A stretch of DNA of 64,000 bases. It comes from Candidatus Zixiibacteriota bacterium (GTDB lineage: Bacteria > Zixibacteria > MSB-5A5 > GN15 > JAAZOE01). Shown piece by piece: positions 58,030-64,000 of the stretch; the first letter of the stretch is position 1; every line of letters begins with the position of its first letter. Made by a program: the position numbers and the translations under genes. Under the pieces are notes generated by a model, which did not search any database, had not been told where the DNA came from, and worked only from the letters and a program-made list of their open reading frames with translations. Location of the stretch: contig JBDREQ010000009.1 of the NCBI GenBank assembly GCA_043819555.1, positions 1 to 64,000 on the forward strand. Direction: 5' to 3'.

Positions 58030-58564
58030 GAGAAAATGGGTTTGTTTTTGCATATAAACATTTTTGGCACTATCAACTCGGTGGTGATTACGAAAGGCCG
58101 GGGGAGGGCGCATTGTAAATATGTTGATTTTACCATCATTTCAAATCCTCTTTATGGTTATTTCTATAGAAAAGCAGGCAATTCGTAATTAAGGGTGGTT
58201 TAGGCTCAAAAATGAGTGGGATTTAATTTAATTGCCATAAAAAGATAATCGAGCTATTATTAACATGACCGGTGGCCCGTCTCAAAAAAATAAGCGAAGC
58301 GTTTTTTTGAGGTGGGTTCCCGCTTAAGAGCCTTAACAATTTCCCATCAATGCTACCTCTATTTCCGAATCCATCGTATTATTGAAGGCAAGTAGTAATA
58401 ATTAAAAGTCGGGAGTAGTAAAAGTGTAAAAAACAAAAAACGACAAAGCAAAGCCATTTTGCTGTATCTGACAGAAACGCATAAAACTAAAAGAAATTCT
58501 TGGATTCTAAATGTTGATAACTTTTGAAAAGGATTACAAAATCGAAATTAAGTTTGTAGTAAAA

Positions 58565-59548
58565 TCAGAAATTCATACCCGCGGAGATGCGGAAGGTTTC
58601 ATCGAAATCGCTGTGATGCAGATAAGCCAGATCAATTATATATTTATCAATGACAGCGCCCAGTCCGGCGGTTAGATTAGATTGGTCGTAGCCTATTCTT
58701 CCGAACGCGATATCTTTGTAGCCCAGTTGCAGACCGAATTGAAAATCAGCCGAAATTTCATTTTGCCACAACTCGGCGTTTTGCTTGCGTCCTTCAAATC
58801 TGAGGATTGCTTGTCCGGTTAAAAGAGCTGTCATATTTTGACGGGCAAGTCGAATCGACATGCCCGGTTTGACCGCGGGAAAAATCGTTTCGGTATTATC
58901 ATTGGAATAAGCCAGAAATGTTGAAGTCAAATCGGTGACAACCAGCGCTGTGGTTATGATGGTATCGACCTGATATATAATACCGGCATCGATACCGAGG
59001 CCATACGCAGTTTCGACAGCGATATCGCGGTAGATTATTTTGGCGGTTATGCCATACGATATATTATCCCGGTATTTTCCGGCCAGTGATCCGCCCAGCA
59101 TTATATCGAAATGATTTTCCTCGCGAATAACAACCGGATACTGGCTCTGGGCATCGAATGCTGTAATTTTAATCCCGCCGCCGCCAAGATAGTACAAATA
59201 ACCGCCATAGCTGTTCAGCCCTTGTGATTTTCCGGAATTGGAGGAAAATCCGATGAAATCATGATTCAATAGCGAACCGAATGTTTCCGAGTGCATAGTA
59301 ATTATCTGGCGTCCGGAAGTGTAGGCCAGACCGGCCGGATTCCAGTACCCGGATGTCGCGTTGAATGGACCGGCTATCACAGCTCCGCCCATACCAAGAG
59401 GCCCGGCGCCGACACCCAATGAAAACGGCTCACCGGCATACTTGGTGGCGTATGCAGGATTTGCCAAAAAAATAATCAACGATATGCTGAGAAAACATCT
59501 TATAAATTTCATGGCGCCAATATAGTCCAAAATATCCGAAATGGGCAA
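58565..59548 (-). CDS. Outer-membrane beta-barrel protein, FadL/PorV/PorQ-like (possible T9SS-associated OMP)
   Basis: Signal peptide. N-terminal …SLGVGAGPLGMGGAVIAGPFNATSGYWNPAGLAY… contains the NPAGL motif of FadL-like barrels. C-terminal …FRISAGMNF is an aromatic OMP terminus. Confidence 0.55.
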   Translation of the reverse strand: MPISDILDYIGAMKFIRCFLSISLIIFLANPAYATKYAGEPFSLGVGAGPLGMGGAVIAGPFNATSGYWNPAGLAYTSGRQIITMHSETFGSLLNHDFIGFSSNSGKSQGLNSYGGYLYYLGGGGIKITAFDAQSQYPVVIREENHFDIMLGGSLAGKYRDNISYGITAKIIYRDIAVETAYGLGIDAGIIYQVDTIITTALVVTDLTSTFLAYSNDNTETIFPAVKPGMSIRLARQNMTALLTGQAILRFEGRKQNAELWQNEISADFQFGLQLGYKDIAFGRIGYDQSNLTAGLGAVIDKYIIDLAYLHHSDFDETFRISAGMNF

Positions 59549-59550
59549 TA

Positions 59551-59585
59551 GAAAAAGCGGAGAAACTTACCCAAGCTCCTCCGCC
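59551..59585 (-). terminator. Rho-independent terminator (minus strand) after the HMA gene
   Basis: On the minus strand: GCGGAGGAG-N11-CTCCGC followed by TTTTT. Confidence 0.5.
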
Positions 59586-59610
59586 TTAATTTTTCAAGTC
59601 AGAAATAAAC

Positions 59611-60078
59611 TTATTTCTTACCCTTGGCCATACCACAGCCCTTGCTATCTTTGCACTTGGCCGGATCGCAACCCTCGTGAGCCGCCTTTTCACCGGTGAC
59701 TTTTCCGTCGGACAATTTAGCCGGGTAACCAGCTTTGGTAACAACCGCTGATAACATTGAAGGCTCCACTTTTGAATCTTTTTTAAAACATACAGTGGCG
59801 GTACCTTTTTCAAGACTAACATCCACTTTGTCAACGCCTTCAACCGCAGTCAGAGTTTTAGTAATCGTACTGACGCAACCGCCGCAAGTCATATTCGATA
59901 CGGTTAAAATTACTACTTCACAATCTTCGCCCGGAACGCAGGTGGTCTTGGTTCCATCGCTGTTAACTTTGGTCAACGTGGCCTTGGCGGAAGGACATCC
60001 CTCGCCGGCAATCGCTAAGCTGCCAAACGCAAAGAGGGCGACCAAAATCATACACACTGAAAATACACGCATTTTCAC
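59611..60078 (-). CDS. Secreted HMA-domain (MerP/CopZ-like) metal-binding protein with a Cys-rich tail
   Basis: Signal peptide. LTVSNMTCGGCVSTI M-x-C-x-x-C motif. Additional Cys pairs (EGCPS, EGCDPAKCKDSKGCG). Confidence 0.65.
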   Translation of the reverse strand: MKMRVFSVCMILVALFAFGSLAIAGEGCPSAKATLTKVNSDGTKTTCVPGEDCEVVILTVSNMTCGGCVSTITKTLTAVEGVDKVDVSLEKGTATVCFKKDSKVEPSMLSAVVTKAGYPAKLSDGKVTGEKAAHEGCDPAKCKDSKGCGMAKGKK

Positions 60079-60256
60079 TCAAGCCTCCTAAAATGGTTTA
60101 ATATACAGACAATATAAAGCTTTTCTCTTCTGGGTCAAGTCAATATATAACAACACTTGTCTTCAATTGTCTTATTGATACCTTTAACTCCTCAAATTAC
60201 CTTTTGTTCCTAATTCGTAATCTTTTTTGAATACTTAAGCGTCCATTATTGGGATA

Positions 60257-60964
60257 TTGTTGCTAAATACCTCAAAAAGTTTAAATTGCAAATTAATGAA
60301 ATTCCGAGAATTATTTGAAAAATATATTTTGTCTTTTTTCAGGCCAATGAATGTCAATGAAGAAATTGCAGGGCTAAATCCTGAGATAAATATCAGCCAA
60401 TTGCCCGGCCCATTTTCCTATTCTGTTGCATTGGGCAGATATACAGTCGAAAAATTCCATGAGAAAACTGATATGGGGCTCTTGATTCATATGATGAAAT
60501 ATCGCCAAAATACGGAGGCGGCCCGAAAACTTACCAAAATTTTAATTGATTTTATCCGGGAATATCCCTTTCCCCAAAATCCGAATTTGGTAATTACAAT
60601 TCCCGATACCATGACCAACCGTCAAAATAGTCCGGTAAAATATTTGGCAGAGGCAATTGGCAAGGAATTTAATTGGCTGGTTCGTCATGATATTTTTTCA
60701 AATATTAAGGTCGGCCTGCCCCAAAAAACACGAACCTTTGACGAACGAATAGAAGACATTCATAAGAGGTACCGCCTTAATTGTCCACAGTTAGTTCAGG
60801 GGAAACATATACTTCTCTTCGATGATATTTTCGCGACGGGACAAAGCATGATCGAGGCCGCCCAGCATATCTGGGATCATCACCCTCATACGGTCATGGC
60901 AATGACTCTGGTAAAACTGGGATCAAAATTTAAAATCTATGGCGATGAATCTGAGCATAACTAA
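60257..60964 (+). CDS. Phosphoribosyltransferase-domain protein (ComF/GntX-like PRTase fold)
   Basis: HILLFDDIFATGQSM is the PRPP-binding loop of type I PRTases. No N-terminal Cys cluster. The true start may lie downstream of 60257. Confidence 0.5.
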   Translation: MLLNTSKSLNCKLMKFRELFEKYILSFFRPMNVNEEIAGLNPEINISQLPGPFSYSVALGRYTVEKFHEKTDMGLLIHMMKYRQNTEAARKLTKILIDFIREYPFPQNPNLVITIPDTMTNRQNSPVKYLAEAIGKEFNWLVRHDIFSNIKVGLPQKTRTFDERIEDIHKRYRLNCPQLVQGKHILLFDDIFATGQSMIEAAQHIWDHHPHTVMAMTLVKLGSKFKIYGDESEHN

Positions 60965-61002
60965 GGCTTGAAAAGCAATCCTTAATCAAGTAGATTGGCG
61001 GG

Positions 61003-61995
61003 ATGCAGGGCGGAATCAAAACAATTTTGGTAACCGGCGCAAACGGATTTATCGGCAGCCGCGTTTGCCGGCTGTTGGCGGCGTCTGGGTATGTAATCAG
61101 AATTATATGTCGGGAGAGTTCTGATTTAACTTTCCTGGATGATATCCCCTATAGTAAGTTTGTCGCCGATATTACCAATCCCGATTCTCTCATTCCAGCG
61201 GTAACTGGCGCCGACTATATTGTCCACCTGGCCGGATTGGTAAAGGCAAAAAAAAGGGACGCATATTTTCAGATTAATCAGCAGGGAACGTTAAACCTCC
61301 TGAATGCCGTCAGAAATCAAAATATCAACCTCACGAGATTTATACTTATTTCTTCTACCGCCGCCTTCGGACCATCATCCGGCAATCCCCGACGCGAAGA
61401 AGATCCTCCTCGACCAGTGACAATTTATGGACAGAGTAAGCTTGCCGCCGAAGAATCGGCAAGGCCGTTTTTTAATTTATTCCCGATTACGATTCTTCGC
61501 CCCCCTGGTGTTTATGGCCCGGGTGATAAGGCTATTTTCCCTTTGTTCGATATTGTTAATAAAGGGATCCGTCCCTATATGGCAGGAGGAAAAAATCGGA
61601 TTCAGATGATTTATGTTGATGACCTGGCCAAAGCCATAAAACGCGCGGTGGAAACGAATACAATATCCGGCCAGGCATATATAATTGCCGATAACCAGGC
61701 GCACACAATTCGGGAAATGCTCGATGAGATAGGCACGCTGCTTAATAAAAAGGGAATTGGAATCTCAATCCCTCTAACGTTTCTTAAGGGTATGGCGTTA
61801 TTTTCCGAATTATTATTTCGGGCGTTGGGACAAGCGCCGCATTTCTCACGGGAAAAAGTCAAAGAACTAACCGCTGATTGGGAATTTGATGTATCCAAAG
61901 CGATGGGTGAACTCGGTTTTGAGGCTCAGACAAATTTCACCCAGGGTGCGCGATTGGCGATTGAATGGTATCGCAAAAAAGGATGGCTAAAATGA
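61003..61995 (+). CDS. NAD-dependent epimerase/dehydratase (extended SDR family)
   Basis: ILVTGANGFIGSRV Rossmann motif. The catalytic Y-x3-K is in YGQSKLAAE. Confidence 0.85.
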   Translation: MQGGIKTILVTGANGFIGSRVCRLLAASGYVIRIICRESSDLTFLDDIPYSKFVADITNPDSLIPAVTGADYIVHLAGLVKAKKRDAYFQINQQGTLNLLNAVRNQNINLTRFILISSTAAFGPSSGNPRREEDPPRPVTIYGQSKLAAEESARPFFNLFPITILRPPGVYGPGDKAIFPLFDIVNKGIRPYMAGGKNRIQMIYVDDLAKAIKRAVETNTISGQAYIIADNQAHTIREMLDEIGTLLNKKGIGISIPLTFLKGMALFSELLFRALGQAPHFSREKVKELTADWEFDVSKAMGELGFEAQTNFTQGARLAIEWYRKKGWLK

Positions 61996-62417
61996 TAGGC
62001 TTTAGTTTTGAACTGCTGCTTTATGCGCTTTTGTGCGCGGGGAGTTCGCTTTTAATTGTTGATTATATCTGGTATCTTCTGGAGAAAAAACTGGCATTAC
62101 TTAATAAACTCCCCAAAGAAATTTTGGAAGATGTAAGCATCGGTTACTTTTTTTCCAAATATATAATGCAATTGTTGTTTCTCGTTGCCGTTCCATCAGC
62201 CATTTACAGCTTGTTTTATTTGACTCTTCCCTTTTATGGCGCAAGGGCCGGTATCGCTGTCGCCTTTATTCTCTTTGTTCTGGGAATAGTCCCGTTTACG
62301 ATTTCGCTGATCATGCGTGTAAAATTGCCCCTATCTTATGTATTGTTTCAACTGTCCGGTTTTTTGATAAAGCTGGTTTTAGTGTATGGCATCATTGGCT
62401 ATTTTTATATTCTCTAA
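61992..62417 (+). CDS. Hypothetical integral membrane protein
   Basis: ATGA start/stop overlap with the epimerase gene. 141 aa, mostly hydrophobic helices. Confidence 0.45.
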   Translation: MIGFSFELLLYALLCAGSSLLIVDYIWYLLEKKLALLNKLPKEILEDVSIGYFFSKYIMQLLFLVAVPSAIYSLFYLTLPFYGARAGIAVAFILFVLGIVPFTISLIMRVKLPLSYVLFQLSGFLIKLVLVYGIIGYFYIL

Positions 62418-62426
62418 GGATTAAAT

Positions 62427-63578
62427 TTGAGTATCAGGAAATCTATTCGCAGACATTTTCCCCACACCGGCAGGAAAATTTATTTCAATCCAGCTTCGAA
62501 CGGTCCCCTCCCCATCCCGGCTTTCAAAATCGTGACCGACAGTATTCGCATGGCGAATTTGGCGGCGATCAGAGCGCAGAAAGAATTGTTTTCATCTTTG
62601 GATTCGATACGCAGGAATGCCGCGAAGATATTCGGGTGCCGGCAATCGGAAGCCGGTTTTGGATTCAATACAACTTTTGGAATAAACCTGGCCGCATTTG
62701 GACTGCCTCTTGAGAAAGGGGATGAAATACTTCTCCTCGATGTTGAGTTTCCTGCCAATGTTTATCCCTGGCTCGAACTGCGCAATAGTGGTATGAAGGT
62801 CAATTTTATTAGGAGTCAAAATGGTTTTCTAAATATCGATGATTTGCGAAAAGCCATAACAAAAAACACAAAAGTAATATCGATATCTTTTGTTCAGTTT
62901 TTTAATGGATATAAAAACGATTTGAAAAAAATCGGCGAAATTTGCCGGGAACATAAAATATATTTTGTCGTCGATGCCATTCAGGGGGCCGGGTGCGAGC
63001 CATTGCGGGTGAAAAATTGGGGTGTCGATATCGCTTCAGCCGGAGGTCAAAAATGGCTGTTATCACCGCAAGGTACGGGGATATTTTATGTCTCTGAAAA
63101 AGTTCAGAAATTTCTAAAACCTCCCTGGCGGAGCTGGCTGGGTGTTGACTGGAAAGCCAACTGGACGAATCTTCGCGATTTTAATAAATCATATGTACTG
63201 GGCGCTCAGCAATACGAAATGGGAACGTATCCGGTATCATTGGTGTATGCCCTGGAATGGTCGCTTGATTTTATGGTTAAAATTGGAATTAAGAATATTC
63301 AAAAGCATAACCATTTCCTGATTGATATGTTGATCGATTATCTAAAATCGGAGCCATATTATCAAATTGCGAGTTCGCTGGAGGGTAAGTATCGAAGCTC
63401 AATTCTAAGTTTTAGAGATACCGGTGGCAAAATCGAAAAAATCTACGAGTATCTCACCCGCAAGTCGATTATAACCTCTATGCGTGAAGGATGTATCAGA
63501 GTTTCCGTACATCTGTACAATAATGAATCTGATATAGAGATTCTAATTGATACCTTAAAAAAATGCGTTCCCCATTAA
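62427..63578 (+). CDS. Class V aminotransferase (PLP-dependent, cysteine desulfurase/kynureninase-like fold)
   Basis: …ISFVQFFNGYKNDLKKIGEICREHKIYFVVDAIQGAG… matches the class V AT pattern, including the PLP-Lys region (SAGGQKWL). Confidence 0.7.
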   Translation: MSIRKSIRRHFPHTGRKIYFNPASNGPLPIPAFKIVTDSIRMANLAAIRAQKELFSSLDSIRRNAAKIFGCRQSEAGFGFNTTFGINLAAFGLPLEKGDEILLLDVEFPANVYPWLELRNSGMKVNFIRSQNGFLNIDDLRKAITKNTKVISISFVQFFNGYKNDLKKIGEICREHKIYFVVDAIQGAGCEPLRVKNWGVDIASAGGQKWLLSPQGTGIFYVSEKVQKFLKPPWRSWLGVDWKANWTNLRDFNKSYVLGAQQYEMGTYPVSLVYALEWSLDFMVKIGIKNIQKHNHFLIDMLIDYLKSEPYYQIASSLEGKYRSSILSFRDTGGKIEKIYEYLTRKSIITSMREGCIRVSVHLYNNESDIEILIDTLKKCVPH

Positions 63579-63600
63579 CATCATAATGTGAGATTGCTGT

Positions 63601-64000
63601 ATGGATCTTCTGGGTGAATTGGCTGCTTTATCAACAGCATTTTGCTGGGCGGGTGGAACGTTGTTATTTACAATCGCCGGACGCAACATTGGTTCTTATA
63701 ATGTCAATAAACTGCGCATACCGGTCGCGGCGATATTTCTCGCGCTGTTTCTCATCTTTGCATATAGTACCCTGTTTCCTACCGGGACTGACACCCGGGC
63801 GATAGTCTATTTGACTTTATCGGGGCTGATTGGTTTGGTCCTCGGTGATACCTGTTATTTCAGATGCCTGGTCATTCTCGGCCCCCGTCATGGAGCTTTG
63901 ATGCAGTCGCTGGCCCCTCCAATGACCGCAATCGCGGCGTTTTTTTTGCTGGGCGAATATTTATCTCTCATGGCAATTGTTGGTATCGGCATTACTTTAT
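63601..64000 (+). CDS. EamA/DMT-family transporter, 5' partial (continues beyond the window)
   Basis: ATG at 63601. The frame is open to the window end and entirely hydrophobic, with typical EamA repeat features (…FCWAGGTLLFTIAGR…, …GDTCYFRCLVILGP…). The track ORF 63614..63805 is a different, implausible frame. Confidence 0.6.
   Translation, partial: MDLLGELAALSTAFCWAGGTLLFTIAGRNIGSYNVNKLRIPVAAIFLALFLIFAYSTLFPTGTDTRAIVYLTLSGLIGLVLGDTCYFRCLVILGPRHGALMQSLAPPMTAIAAFFLLGEYLSLMAIVGIGITL

Noticed and set aside
1-64000. Alternative genetic code (stop-codon reassignment) as the explanation for the in-frame TAA at 6960
   Set aside because: TAA, TAG and TGA each terminate many long, well-supported ORFs in this window (for example ffh, gyrA, mfd). 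A single internal TAA is better explained by mutation or sequencing error.

Overview
This 64 kb window is a gene-dense bacterial chromosomal segment read with the standard genetic code; TAA, TAG and TGA all terminate long ORFs. Protein content points to an uncultured FCB-superphylum-like organism. The evidence is a secreted protein with a type IX secretion (T9SS) C-terminal sorting domain, a PorV/FadL-like outer-membrane barrel, and many lipoproteins and TPR proteins. The housekeeping core is readily recognisable: the ffh-rpsP-KH-rimM-trmD-rplS operon, gyrA, mfd, dprA, ychF, nfo, rex, alr, lon, nnr, priA, pepF, a P5C dehydrogenase, an alanine:cation symporter, and an NfeD-flotillin pair. No rRNA, tRNA or CRISPR was found. 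Several features are not explained by housekeeping genes. First, two secreted proteins carry C-terminal dockerin-type Ca-binding repeat pairs: an FG-GAP beta-propeller protein and an HExxH metallopeptidase, in an organism that also uses T9SS. Second, a REP-associated tyrosine transposase (RAYT) sits beside a DUF4145 protein in an AT-rich islet, and two copies of a near-perfect 24-nt REP-like palindrome lie elsewhere in the window. Third, there is an AT-rich single-gene HNH-nuclease islet. Fourth, a histone-H1-like K/A/P-rich tail is fused to a SWIB/MDM2 domain. Fifth, a Rex operator sits in front of rex. Sixth, at least two intergenic regions have multi-hairpin architecture closed by long-range stems and are candidate ncRNAs or leaders (14131-14295, 17887-18018), and a third region (371-526, inside a ~870-nt non-coding stretch) shows a long-range-closed fold but no internal hairpins. 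Three genes show local reading-frame disruptions: an in-frame TAA in an OMP barrel gene, a +1 shift at a GGG run in the flotillin gene, and a shift in a homopolymer-rich stretch of the dockerin-peptidase gene. These could be true pseudogenisation or homopolymer-type assembly errors. All coordinates and translations come from direct reading of the sequence; family assignments are from motif recognition, not database searches.
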